Notes under the pieces: generated by a model | What the model was told of the DNA's origin: nothing | What the model saw: the letters and a program-made list of their open reading frames with translations, nothing else | Databases searched by the model: none | NCBI GenBank assembly: GCA_947625505.1 | Contig: CANQON010000006.1 | Coordinates: forward strand, 3,903-67,902 | DNA length: 64,000 bases | Origin: an uncultured Bacilli bacterium | GTDB lineage: Bacteria > Bacillota_I > Bacilli_A > RF39 > UBA660 | Direction: 5' to 3' | In this document: piece after piece, positions 32,208 to 42,229 of the stretch | Layout: every line of letters begins with the position of its first letter | Position numbering within the stretch: the stretch's first letter is position 1 | Made by a program: the position numbers and the translations under genes

Positions 32208-33335
32208 GTGAAAAGATATCGTTTTATTGCTATCTTATATTTTGTTATCATGGCATATTTTGTTTTAACAAGTAAAAGTTTAACAATGTACGCTACCACA
32301 TTAGATTATGTAGGATGTGGATCAGCTAGTGGAATACCTAAACCTATACCTCAATTAACAACAGTAGCGTATACTTTATTAATTGTTGGAACACCTCTTA
32401 TTTTAATAACTTTTTCTATTGTTGCTTTGATTAAAGCTATATCTGGTGGTAAAGCTGATGAAATATTAAAAGCTAAAACTAAATTATTTAAAAAATTTAT
32501 GGCAGCAGGAATAATCTTTTTATTATCAGCTATTGTTCAATTTGTTATAGGTAGAGTAACGACAACGGTAGATGATGAAAGTACAGTAACAGCTTGTCTT
32601 CAATGCTTTCTATACTATAGTGATCAGAACTGTTATAAATCAAGTTCAGGTAATGGTGTAACAGAAGATACTACTAATCCTACCTATGATGATAAAGCCC
32701 AACCTACAACAGGGAATCGTGATAAAACACCTTCAGGTAATGTAAGTAATGGAACTATTAAGAAAGGTTCTAAAACTATTTTAGTAGGAGATTCAAGAAC
32801 AGTAGGAATTTGCCAACTATCTTCCTCTGGTTATTATTCAGGAGCATGCCGTGATTACAATGCTGTATGTCAAGGTGGTATGGGATATAATTGGTTTAAA
32901 GCAACAGGGGTAGCAGGAGTAAATGGTTTATTAGAGCAAAACGCTAATACAAGACATAATATTGTTATTTTACTAGGTGTAAATGATATATCTAATACTG
33001 AATATTGGGCTGATAATGCTGTCAAAGAATATATGGGAATTATAACTGAGCATGCTAATGGAGATTGGAAAAATCAAAATATTATTTTTGCTTCTATTAC
33101 TCCAATTGGGGCAGAACAAACTGGAGGGAAGTGGCCTGTAAGTCAAACAAATATTAATTACTTTAATACCCAAATACGTTCTAAAATAGCTTCATCAGGA
33201 TTAAGTAATGTAAGTTATTGTGATATTAGTACAGGAATAGACTTAAATGGTAAATTTGCAGGAGATAATTTACATTATACAGGAGCAGGATATACAACTA
33301 TGTATAACCAAATAGTTAATAAGTGCTTAAAGTAG
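32208..33335 (+). CDS. Membrane protein: pilin-like two-TM hairpin fused to SGNH/GDSL hydrolase
   Basis: N-terminal anchor, TM-KAISGGKADEILKAK-TM, S/T/G linker, then GDS (LVGDSRT), G, GxND (LGVND) and DxxH (DNLH) blocks. Confidence 0.7.
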   Translation: MKRYRFIAILYFVIMAYFVLTSKSLTMYATTLDYVGCGSASGIPKPIPQLTTVAYTLLIVGTPLILITFSIVALIKAISGGKADEILKAKTKLFKKFMAAGIIFLLSAIVQFVIGRVTTTVDDESTVTACLQCFLYYSDQNCYKSSSGNGVTEDTTNPTYDDKAQPTTGNRDKTPSGNVSNGTIKKGSKTILVGDSRTVGICQLSSSGYYSGACRDYNAVCQGGMGYNWFKATGVAGVNGLLEQNANTRHNIVILLGVNDISNTEYWADNAVKEYMGIITEHANGDWKNQNIIFASITPIGAEQTGGKWPVSQTNINYFNTQIRSKIASSGLSNVSYCDISTGIDLNGKFAGDNLHYTGAGYTTMYNQIVNKCLK

Positions 33336-33355
33336 CAAGAAATTGCTACTTTTTT
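33329..33355 (+). terminator. Rho-independent terminator
   Basis: AAAGTAGCAA-GAAA-TTGCTACTTT plus T run. Confidence 0.8.
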
Positions 33356-33389
33356 ATTTCTAACATGGTATAATAAAGTAGGTGATAAT

Positions 33390-36300
33390 ATGAAGAAGAC
33401 AATAACAGTTGATGGTAATGAAGCTTGTAGTTATACATCATATATGTTTACGGAGGTAGCAGGAATATATCCTATTACACCTTCTAGTCCTATGGCAGAA
33501 CATGTCGATGAGATGAGTTCTAAAGCAGTAAATTTATTTAATAATCCTGTTAAAGTAGTAGAAATGCAAAGTGAAGCAGGAGCTGCTGGCTTTATTCATG
33601 GTTCATTAAAAGCAGGATGCTTAACAACTACTTTTACAGCTAGTCAAGGATTATTACTTATGATACCTAATATGTATAAAATAGCAGGAGAGATGCTTCC
33701 AGGGGTTATTCATGTGGCAGCTCGTGCTTTATCTACACATGCTTTAAGTATCTTTGGTGATCATCAAGATATATATGCTTGTCGTATGACAGGTTTTGCG
33801 ATGTTAGCATCTTCATCAGTTCAAGATGCTGCTTATTTAAGTGCAGTCGCACATTTATCTAGTATTAAAGCTAGTCTTCCTTTTATGCATTTCTTTGATG
33901 GCTTTAGAACTAGTCATGAAATTCAAAAGATAGAAGTATTGCAAGCAAGTGATTATCAAGATATGCTAGATTATGAAGCTCTAGATAGATTCCGTCGTCG
34001 TGCTTTAAATCCTCATCATCCAAAAACGCATGGTACAGCGCAAAATGAAGATATTTATTTTCAAACAACGGAAGCTCGTAATATTTATTATGATAGATTA
34101 CCTGATATCGTTAATGATTATATGGAAAAAATAAATACGAAAGCAGGTACTGATTATAAACCATTTAATTATTATGGTAGTGAGACAGCATCTAAAGTTA
34201 TTGTTGCGATGGGTTCAGTATGTGAAACAATTAAAGAAGTAATTGATGCTAAAAAAGATGTAGGATTAATAGAAGTACATTTATATCGTCCATTTAGCTC
34301 TAAATATTTATTAAATGTATTACCTAGTACAGTTAAAAAAATAGCTGTATTAGATCGTACTAAAGAAGCAGGTAGTAATGGAGAACCTTTATATTTAGAT
34401 ATCGTTAATGCTTTAAAAGGTAAAAATATTGAAATAGTAGGTGGAAGATATGGTTTAGCTAGTAAGAATACAACACCTAGTGATATTAATGCGGTATATG
34501 AGATGTTAGATAATCCTAAAAATAACTTTACTTTAGGTATTGTTGATGATGTAACACATCTTAGTTTAGAACCTATAAATATTGAAACAAAAAAATGCAA
34601 TGAGTGGTTATTCTATGGATATGGTTCTGATGGTATGGTAGGAGCTTCTAAATCCATTATTAAATTAATTGGTGATAATACCGATGACTATGTACAAGGA
34701 TATTTCCAATATGATTCTAAAAAATCAGGAGGAGTAACTTGTAGTCATTTAAGATTTAGTACAGATAAGATAAGATCAACTTATTATGTAATGAAACCTT
34801 CATTAGTTGTTATAACAAAAGATAGTTATTTAGAAGATTATGATCTATTAAGTGATCTTGATGATAGCGCTACTGTGATAATCAATACTATTCATAATGA
34901 AGAAAAAATAAATAAAATGTTAAATAACCATCTAAAGAAATTATTATTAGATAAACATGCAAAAGTATATTTAATTAATGCTTATGATTTAGCTGAACAA
35001 GTAGGATTAAAAGGTAAAATTAGTACGATTATGGAAAGCACTATTATGTATTTAACTAGTGTTATGCCTTACGATGAAGCATTAAAATATATTGAAGATG
35101 GTATTAAGAAAAAGTTTGCTAAAAAAGGCGAAAGTGTCGTTAATGCTAATCTTGAAGCTATTAAACTTGCTACTACTAACTTAAAAGAAATAACAATTGA
35201 TAATAATTTTAGTGATAAGGAAGAAGAAAAAACATCATTAGTTAAAACGATTATGAAAAGGAAAGGTGAGTCTTTAAAAACATCTGATTTTGTAAGACGT
35301 GCTGATGGAGTTTTTGAAAGTGGAACTAGTGTTTTAGAAAAGAGATATATTAGTGATGTTGTACCTGCATGGATAAGTAGTAATTGTTCTAATTGTAATC
35401 AATGTTCATTATATTGTCCACATGGTGTTATAAGACCTTTCATATTGGATGAAGAAGAATATAATAATGCTCCAGAAGAAATAAAGAAACGTGCTGTTAA
35501 GGCTATAGGTATGGATTATTATTATATTATTAGTGCTTCAGTAGCTGATTGTACAGGATGTGGTGTATGTGTAAGTGTATGTCCTGGTATGAAAGGCAAT
35601 AAAGCTCTTACAATGGATAAAATAAATCCTAAAGAACAAGAAGTATTTAATTATCTTGATAAGAATATTAAACCTAAAGATGTAGGTAATATCTTTACTG
35701 TTAAAAATAGTCAATTTAATAAACCTAAATTTGCTTTTTCAGGTGCTTGTGCAGGATGTGGAGAAACAGCTTATATTAAATTGTTAACACAATTATTTGG
35801 GGAACATTTAATTATTAGTAATGCGACAGGATGTTCTTCTATCTACGGAGGAAGTGCTCCTACAACACCTTATACTATTCCATGGGCTAGTAGCTTATTT
35901 GAAGATAATGCAGAATATGGATATGGTATGCTAATAGCTAACAATGTTATACGTACGCGTATAGCAGGTATTATGGAAAAGAATATGGATAATGAAAATA
36001 GTGAACTATTTAAAGAATGGCTAGATAATTCTAATAGTTATGAACATACAAAGCATGTTTATGATAACTTAACAGACAATATACCAGAAGAATTAAAAGA
36101 ATTAAAAGACTATATTACTGTTCGTAATATCTGGTGTATTGGAGGCGATGGATGGGCTTATGATATTGGTTATGGAGGAATAGACCATGTCTTAGCTAGT
36201 CGTGATAATATTAAAATATTAGTCCTTGATAGCCAAGTATATTCTAATACAGGAGGACAATCATCTAAAGCTAGCCCTAAAGGCGCTATTGCATCCTTTG

Positions 36301-36761
36301 CTTCAATGGGTAAGAAAACAAATAAAAAGGATTTAGCTCGTATCGCTATGTCTTATCCAGATGTTTATGTAGCCCAAGTATCATTAGGAGCTAATCCTAT
36401 GCAAGTAGTAAAAGCTTTTAAAGAAGCTAATGAATATGATGGTCCTGCTATTATTATAGCTTATACTCCATGTATTTCTCATGGCATTAAGGGTGGAATG
36501 GAACATAGTGTTGATATGGAAAAATTAGCTACTAATTCAGGATATTTCTTAACCTTTAGAAGACATCCAATAGATGGATTTACTTTAGATAGTAAAAATG
36601 TTAATTTTGACTTATATGAAGAATTCTTAAATAGTCAAACAAGATATAATATGTTAAAAGTAATTAATCCTGATAAAGCTAATGATTTATTACAAGCTAA
36701 TAAGGATAATGCTATTAAGACTTATAATTACTATGAAGAATTAGGAAAAAGTAATCAATAG
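33390..36761 (+). CDS. nifJ: Pyruvate:ferredoxin/flavodoxin oxidoreductase (PFOR)
   Basis: DGNEA, YPITPSS, EMQSEAGAAG, FFDGFRTSHE, two ferredoxin CxxCxxCxxxCP motifs, GACAGCGE, GGDGWAYDIG, YSNTGGQ. Confidence 0.97.
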   Translation: MKKTITVDGNEACSYTSYMFTEVAGIYPITPSSPMAEHVDEMSSKAVNLFNNPVKVVEMQSEAGAAGFIHGSLKAGCLTTTFTASQGLLLMIPNMYKIAGEMLPGVIHVAARALSTHALSIFGDHQDIYACRMTGFAMLASSSVQDAAYLSAVAHLSSIKASLPFMHFFDGFRTSHEIQKIEVLQASDYQDMLDYEALDRFRRRALNPHHPKTHGTAQNEDIYFQTTEARNIYYDRLPDIVNDYMEKINTKAGTDYKPFNYYGSETASKVIVAMGSVCETIKEVIDAKKDVGLIEVHLYRPFSSKYLLNVLPSTVKKIAVLDRTKEAGSNGEPLYLDIVNALKGKNIEIVGGRYGLASKNTTPSDINAVYEMLDNPKNNFTLGIVDDVTHLSLEPINIETKKCNEWLFYGYGSDGMVGASKSIIKLIGDNTDDYVQGYFQYDSKKSGGVTCSHLRFSTDKIRSTYYVMKPSLVVITKDSYLEDYDLLSDLDDSATVIINTIHNEEKINKMLNNHLKKLLLDKHAKVYLINAYDLAEQVGLKGKISTIMESTIMYLTSVMPYDEALKYIEDGIKKKFAKKGESVVNANLEAIKLATTNLKEITIDNNFSDKEEEKTSLVKTIMKRKGESLKTSDFVRRADGVFESGTSVLEKRYISDVVPAWISSNCSNCNQCSLYCPHGVIRPFILDEEEYNNAPEEIKKRAVKAIGMDYYYIISASVADCTGCGVCVSVCPGMKGNKALTMDKINPKEQEVFNYLDKNIKPKDVGNIFTVKNSQFNKPKFAFSGACAGCGETAYIKLLTQLFGEHLIISNATGCSSIYGGSAPTTPYTIPWASSLFEDNAEYGYGMLIANNVIRTRIAGIMEKNMDNENSELFKEWLDNSNSYEHTKHVYDNLTDNIPEELKELKDYITVRNIWCIGGDGWAYDIGYGGIDHVLASRDNIKILVLDSQVYSNTGGQSSKASPKGAIASFASMGKKTNKKDLARIAMSYPDVYVAQVSLGANPMQVVKAFKEANEYDGPAIIIAYTPCISHGIKGGMEHSVDMEKLATNSGYFLTFRRHPIDGFTLDSKNVNFDLYEEFLNSQTRYNMLKVINPDKANDLLQANKDNAIKTYNYYEELGKSNQ

Positions 36762-36772
36762 ATTACTTTTTT
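36747..36772. terminator. Bidirectional terminator
   Basis: AAAAGTAATC-AATA-GATTACTTTT between convergent genes. Confidence 0.7.
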
Positions 36773-37464
36773 TAGTTATCTTTATTTTTAATATATTCTT
36801 TTAACATTTTAGTTAGAGCTCTTTTTTCAATACGTGATACATAACTACGAGATATACTAAGCATTTTAGCAATTTCTTTTTGGGTTTTCTTTTGTTCATC
36901 ATTTAAACCATAACGTTTATTAATTATTTCTTTCTCACGATCATTTAAAACATTAAAGTATTTATCAATGAGTTTTAGATTGTTTTGATTATGAATGTCT
37001 AAAGCAAAATCAGGTTTAGGTGTTTTAATAATATCTAATAATGTTATTTCATCACCTTCCTTGTCATAACCAATAGCTTCATTTAAACTAATATTGCGAT
37101 TATTCCTTTTATTAGCTCGATAATACATTAATATTTCATTTTCAATACATTTAGCAATATAAGTCGTTAATTTAGCATTATGTTTACTATTAAAGGAGTC
37201 AATACCTTTAATTAGTCCTATAGTGCCTATACTGATAAGATCATCTGTATCTTCATTTTTATTATCGTATTTTTTAACGATATGTGCGACTAATCTTAGG
37301 TTATGTTCTATTAAAGTATTACGAGCTTCCTTATCATTATTTTTAAGTCTTTCTAATAAGATATCTTCTTCCTCTTTAGATAAGGGATCAGGAAAAATAT
37401 TATTTGAGTAAGCTGCACAAAATAAATGAAAATCATTAAATAACCATTTTAATAATTTAAACAT
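36772..37464 (-). CDS. sigK: Sporulation sigma factor pro-sigma K, uninterrupted
   Basis: Pro-peptide then FPDPLS, LIEHNLRLVAHIVKKY, DDLISIGTIGLIKGI, TQKEIAKMLSISRSYVSRIEKRAL. Confidence 0.93.
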   Translation of the reverse strand: MFKLLKWLFNDFHLFCAAYSNNIFPDPLSKEEEDILLERLKNNDKEARNTLIEHNLRLVAHIVKKYDNKNEDTDDLISIGTIGLIKGIDSFNSKHNAKLTTYIAKCIENEILMYYRANKRNNRNISLNEAIGYDKEGDEITLLDIIKTPKPDFALDIHNQNNLKLIDKYFNVLNDREKEIINKRYGLNDEQKKTQKEIAKMLSISRSYVSRIEKRALTKMLKEYIKNKDN

Positions 37465-37480
37465 AAATCACTTCCAATAA

Positions 37481-37508
37481 AGTATATGATATTTAAACAA
37501 AGGTTATT
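37481..37508 (-). promoter_or_regulatory. Candidate sigma-E/K promoter of sigK
   Basis: Minus strand ATAA-N15-CATATACT about 17 nt upstream of the ATG. Confidence 0.5.
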
Positions 37509-37558
37509 TTAAAAAAAGATTAAGTATGTTATAATGTAAGTAGAAAGTAGGAAAGTAT

Positions 37559-38110
37559 ATGGATAAAAAGGAAAAAGATAATATCGAAAAAGAACATAAA
37601 GAGATAAAACATAAAACAGTAAAAACTGATAAACATAAAAAAGAAACAAAAAAAATAGATAAGAAAGTATTAATAATAGGAGGAGTTATCCTTATTGTTA
37701 TAGTTGCTGTATTAATTATTTTTGTTCCAAAGTTATTAAATAAAGAAGAACCTGAAGAAAATATCCAAGTTAATAAGCCTTCTGATACTAATAATGAAGA
37801 GATAGATTATTCTAATGATATAGATAAGCTAATTAGTGTTACATCTGATGAAACAAAAAAACGTACTAAAGCATTTAATACATTAACAGCTAATGATAAG
37901 TATTATATTATTATTGATAATGTTAAAGCGATGATTAATGAAGATAGCTCTATTAAATCCGCATGTACTAAAGATTGGTGTTCTATGGAAGTTAGTGCAA
38001 TGAATTATTATTATGCTTCTAGTTATATTACAAATTGTACAGGAGTAGTTCGCGCTAAAGTAACTGGTGAAAAAATCGAATATGATTTAAGTGGTGTTAA
38101 TTGTTCATAA
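37559..38110 (+). CDS. Hypothetical membrane-anchored protein with Cys-containing extracellular domain
   Basis: Lys-rich N-terminus, single TM, four Cys in the C-terminal domain; own TGTTATAAT promoter. Confidence 0.65.
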   Translation: MDKKEKDNIEKEHKEIKHKTVKTDKHKKETKKIDKKVLIIGGVILIVIVAVLIIFVPKLLNKEEPEENIQVNKPSDTNNEEIDYSNDIDKLISVTSDETKKRTKAFNTLTANDKYYIIIDNVKAMINEDSSIKSACTKDWCSMEVSAMNYYYASSYITNCTGVVRAKVTGEKIEYDLSGVNCS

Positions 38111-38168
38111 AAGACTGCATTAAGCAGTTTTTTTTATTATTTATGTTATAATAAATATGGTGATTAAA

Positions 38169-40388
38169 ATGGAAAATTATATAATGGGAACGTTTAAACA
38201 AAAAATATTTCAATCAGATAAGGGTTATATAATTGGCCTTTTTAAGATTAAAAATACTGATATGGAATCTATGCAAGATTATGTTAATAAAACAATCACT
38301 ATTACAGGTTATTTCCATGAGTTAAATGAAAATGAAAACTATTATTTTAAGGGTGAAGAAACAGTTCATCCTAAATATGGTTTTCAATTTAATGTAAAAG
38401 AGTATGAAAGAGTAAAACCTGAAGATAAAGATGGTATAGTTGAATTCTTATCTAGTGATTTATTTCCAGGTATTGGTGAAAAGTTAGCTCAAAAAATTGT
38501 TGATGTATTAGGAGATAAAGCTCTAGATGTAATTCTAGAGAATCCTAATAATTTAATGTTAGTTCCTAAAATGGGTTCTAAAAAAGCTAAAACGATATAT
38601 GACACATTAGTTAAATATGAAGAAAGTCATAAGATGATAGTTTATTTAACCGAATTAGGTTTTGTTATGCGTGATGCTTTATTAATTTATAATAATTATA
38701 AAGGTAATACTATTGATGTAATTGAAAATAATATATATAGATTAATAGATGATATTGATGAGATTAGTTTTTTAAAAGTCGATATGCTTGCTAAAAAGAT
38801 GAATATTGAACCTGATAGTATAGAACGTATTAAAGCTTGTATATATTACATTATGAAAGAATTAACTTTTAAGACAGGCGATACTTATTTATATTTAGAG
38901 GATATTTATAAAAACACCATAAGTTATTTAAACTTTGACTTAGATATGGATTATTTCCAAGAATTATTAGTCGAGTTAAATGGTGAATTAAAAGTAGAAA
39001 TAAAAGATGATAAATATTATTTACATGATTTATATGAAGCTACTAATAATATAGTGTATAAATTAAATTATTTAATGCATAAAGAGACAACACATTATGA
39101 TAACTTAGATGCTCATCTTCATGAATTAGAAGAAAATAATAATATAACTTATAATGATAAGCAACTTTTAGCGATTACTAAAGCTTTAGAAAACAATGTT
39201 TTAATTATAACAGGAGGCCCTGGTACAGGTAAAACAATGATTATTAAAGCTATTGTAGATTTATATAAAAGCTTAAATAGTTATAATCGTAAAGATATAA
39301 CTGATCATATTGCTTTATTAGCGCCTACAGGTAGAGCTAGTAAAAGACTAAGTGAATCTACTAATTTACCTGCTAGTACAATTCATCGTTTTTTAAGATG
39401 GAATAAAGATAGTAATACATTCGCTATTAACGAATATAATCCTGACTTTAGTCATTTAGTAATTGTTGATGAAGTTAGTATGATTGATATATCTTTAATG
39501 GATAGCTTATTAAAAGGATTAACCAATAATATTAAGTTAATATTAGTAGGAGATTATAATCAATTACCTAGTGTAGGTCCTGGAATGTTACTTAAAGACT
39601 TAATAGATAGTCAAACTATTGATACTGTTCATTTAGATATTTTATATCGTCAAAAAGAAAATAGTTATATTCCTATTTTAGCTAATGAGATTAGAAATGA
39701 TGATTTAGGAGACTTTACATCTGTTAAAGATGATTATACCTTTATCAAGTGCGGTGGAAGTAATATAATTACTAATTTAACAAATGTATGCAAGCAAATA
39801 TTATGTAAAGATTATGACTATAAACACTTTCAAGTTATGGCACCTATGTATGCAGGTGTTAATGGCATAGATAATTTAAATAAAGTATTGCAAAGTATTT
39901 TTAATCCTCCAAGTAAGGAAAAGAAAGAATTAAAATATGGTGATGTTATATATCGAGAGAATGATAAAGTTTTACAATTAGTTAACGATCCTGATAATAA
40001 TGTCTTTAATGGCGATATTGGAATAATAAAAAGTATAAATACCACAATGACTAAAAGTGGTAAAACAGAGATAACCATTGATTTTGATGGTAATTTAGTA
40101 GTTTATCAAACTAAAGATTTAGGTAATATTAAACATGGCTTTATTATTAGTATCCATAAATCACAAGGTAGTGAATTTGACTTAGTTGTTATGCCAATTA
40201 CCCAAAGTTATCATCGTATGTTATATCGTAAATTAATATATACAGGAGTAACAAGAGCTAAAAAGAAATTAATCATGATAGGGGAACCAGAAGCTTTTCA
40301 ATATAGTGTTCATAGTAATTATGAACAAATAAGAAAAAGTGACATGATTGATAAATTAAGAGAAGTTTGTATAAAAAATAATTCATAA
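38169..40388 (+). CDS. recD2: ATP-dependent RecD-like helicase RecD2
   Basis: HPKYGFQF, HhH FPGIG, GGPGTGKT, APTGRASKR, VDEVSM, GDYNQLPSVGPG, IHKSQGSEF, YTGVTRAK. Confidence 0.95.
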   Translation: MENYIMGTFKQKIFQSDKGYIIGLFKIKNTDMESMQDYVNKTITITGYFHELNENENYYFKGEETVHPKYGFQFNVKEYERVKPEDKDGIVEFLSSDLFPGIGEKLAQKIVDVLGDKALDVILENPNNLMLVPKMGSKKAKTIYDTLVKYEESHKMIVYLTELGFVMRDALLIYNNYKGNTIDVIENNIYRLIDDIDEISFLKVDMLAKKMNIEPDSIERIKACIYYIMKELTFKTGDTYLYLEDIYKNTISYLNFDLDMDYFQELLVELNGELKVEIKDDKYYLHDLYEATNNIVYKLNYLMHKETTHYDNLDAHLHELEENNNITYNDKQLLAITKALENNVLIITGGPGTGKTMIIKAIVDLYKSLNSYNRKDITDHIALLAPTGRASKRLSESTNLPASTIHRFLRWNKDSNTFAINEYNPDFSHLVIVDEVSMIDISLMDSLLKGLTNNIKLILVGDYNQLPSVGPGMLLKDLIDSQTIDTVHLDILYRQKENSYIPILANEIRNDDLGDFTSVKDDYTFIKCGGSNIITNLTNVCKQILCKDYDYKHFQVMAPMYAGVNGIDNLNKVLQSIFNPPSKEKKELKYGDVIYRENDKVLQLVNDPDNNVFNGDIGIIKSINTTMTKSGKTEITIDFDGNLVVYQTKDLGNIKHGFIISIHKSQGSEFDLVVMPITQSYHRMLYRKLIYTGVTRAKKKLIMIGEPEAFQYSVHSNYEQIRKSDMIDKLREVCIKNNS

Positions 40389-40431
40389 GCGTTATTATTT
40401 GATATAATAATGGTGAAAGGTAGAGAAGTAT

Positions 40432-40944
40432 ATGAATCCAAATATGAATTATAATATGTATCCTAATCAATATCAGACACCCATGTATCCACAGTATAAT
40501 ATGCCTAAGAAGAAGAGTAAAGTATGGCTAATTGTTTTAATACCAGTATGTTTATTTGTTTTAGGATTAGTTGTCCTATATTTTATAGGTAGCAGTGTTA
40601 TTAAGTCTGGCGAACTTATCGATGGTGAATGGTCATGTAGTGGAGTATCTGTTGAATTTAATCATGATGATAAAAAATTTGAAATGTATAGCACTTATGA
40701 TAAATCAGAGCTTGATGTCCGTGGAACTTATAAGGTTACTAGCTATAATATGGAAACATCTAATGGCGAAACAACTTATCGTTATACGACAGTATTAACA
40801 GCTAAAGAACGTATCTATAAAGGTGAATCATATGATGGAGAAATTACTAATAACTATGAAATTACCTTAAATGATGATGAGGATGAATTAGTTATGGTTA
40901 ATGATGAAGAGGGAACTTATTATATTTGTGAGAAAGTTGATTAA
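40432..40944 (+). CDS. Hypothetical membrane protein with N/Q/P/Y-rich N-terminus
   Basis: MNPNMNYNMYPNQYQ, PKKK-TM, GEW beta-rich ectodomain. Confidence 0.65.
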   Translation: MNPNMNYNMYPNQYQTPMYPQYNMPKKKSKVWLIVLIPVCLFVLGLVVLYFIGSSVIKSGELIDGEWSCSGVSVEFNHDDKKFEMYSTYDKSELDVRGTYKVTSYNMETSNGETTYRYTTVLTAKERIYKGESYDGEITNNYEITLNDDEDELVMVNDEEGTYYICEKVD

Positions 40945-40946
40945 TA

Positions 40947-40975
40947 GTATGTTTTAAGATAATCTGTTCATACTA
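40947..40975 (+). promoter_or_regulatory. Candidate sigma-G-type (forespore) promoter
   Basis: GTATG-17 nt-CATACTA. Confidence 0.55.
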
Positions 40976-41026
40976 AAGATGTATATAAGTTAATATATAC
41001 AATGATTCTAGTATGAGGTGATAAAT

Positions 41027-41179
41027 GTGCAAATGTGTAGAGATATTGCCATGATTATGGTAGGCGCTTTAGGGGTATTAGCTTTTCAAAAATATAGGGA
41101 GCCTGTTATGCGAAAGGTTGACTGTATGATGGATAAGGCTATGGACTACGCTGAAGATAAACTAGATCAAATGAAATAG
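41027..41179 (+). CDS. Small protein, 50 aa (not in ORF track)
   Basis: SD GAGGTGA; MQMCRDIAMIMVGALGVLAFQKYREPVMRKVDCMMDKAMDYAEDKLDQMK; terminator at stop; alternative ATG at 41033. Confidence 0.7.
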   Translation: MQMCRDIAMIMVGALGVLAFQKYREPVMRKVDCMMDKAMDYAEDKLDQMK

Positions 41180-41200
41180 AAAGCTAAGGCTTTCTATTTT
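41174..41200 (+). terminator. Rho-independent terminator
   Basis: AAATAGAAAGC-TAAG-GCTTTCTATTT. Confidence 0.75.
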
Positions 41201-41202
41201 AT

Positions 41203-41231
41203 TTGACAAAAATAAGTAAACATAATATAAT
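41203..41231 (+). promoter_or_regulatory. Consensus sigma-A promoter
   Basis: TTGACA-17 nt-TATAAT. Confidence 0.8.
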
Positions 41232-41249
41232 ACTCCATTGAGGTGCGTT

Positions 41250-41681
41250 ATGCGTAAGTTTGATGTTGAAAAACATAATAAAATTAATCATACATCTAGT
41301 AATATTATTTATTTAAATCAATATGTAGAACCTCCAACATTTTTAGTAACAGCTAGTCTTAAAGTTCGTGCTTATTTAGGTTCTATGGGATTAGAAAAAA
41401 CAAATGATGGAAATAATAAAGAGATGGCTATCTATGATATTAAAAGTAAATTAGATTTAAGATATGTACATGCTTATTTAGAAAAACCTATATTTACTTT
41501 ATTAAATATTGAAGCTATTCCAGAAGATTTAAGAAAAGATTGGTTTGAGTTAACTCGTAATATTATGGAAGGTATTGGAAGAGTAGAACAAGTAAGTTCT
41601 AGTGTCTTCGCTATTATACCAGATGATGTCGTTTTCATCGATGATAGTAAGAAAAAAGTAAAAAGAAATGGGCTTAAGTAA
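41250..41681 (+). CDS. Hypothetical protein
   Basis: Consensus promoter, SD GAGGTG, ATG 41250, hairpin at stop; no recognised family. Confidence 0.65.
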   Translation: MRKFDVEKHNKINHTSSNIIYLNQYVEPPTFLVTASLKVRAYLGSMGLEKTNDGNNKEMAIYDIKSKLDLRYVHAYLEKPIFTLLNIEAIPEDLRKDWFELTRNIMEGIGRVEQVSSSVFAIIPDDVVFIDDSKKKVKRNGLK

Positions 41682-41737
41682 TACTTAAGCCTATTTATAT
41701 ATAGATTAATTCATGATATAATGATATAGGTGAGCTT

Positions 41738-42229
41738 ATGAAAAAAAAGTTAGTTATCTTTAGTAGTATTTTTGTTATTATTGATCAATTAATAAAACTA
41801 TTAGTATCTAATTTTATACCTTATAACAAAGAGATTGGTGTTATTAATAACTTTTTTTATTTAACTAATGTTCACAATAATGGTGCTGCATTCAGTACTT
41901 TTGAAGGTAATTTATTTTTTATAATGTTAATGACAATTGTTTCCATTGTTATTGTATATTATTTTTTTGTTAAGAATCAAACATTAAAAAAAATGGATTT
42001 ATTATTTGTTAGTATGTTATATGGAGGAATTATTGGTAATTTTATAGATCGTCTTTTATATGGATATGTAATTGATTATTTAGGATTTATATTAATAAAT
42101 AATTATCATTTTCCTATCTTTAATTTAGCTGACATGTGTATTGTTATATCTGTATTTTTATTAATCATAATAAGCTTTAAGGAGGAAATATGCAAGAATA
42201 TCGAATCGAAGAAGAAACAGGAAGAATAG
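41738..42229 (+). CDS. lspA: Lipoprotein signal peptidase II
   Basis: IDQLIK, NNGAAFS, GNFIDRL, VIDY, FNLAD. Confidence 0.95.
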   Translation: MKKKLVIFSSIFVIIDQLIKLLVSNFIPYNKEIGVINNFFYLTNVHNNGAAFSTFEGNLFFIMLMTIVSIVIVYYFFVKNQTLKKMDLLFVSMLYGGIIGNFIDRLLYGYVIDYLGFILINNYHFPIFNLADMCIVISVFLLIIISFKEEICKNIESKKKQEE

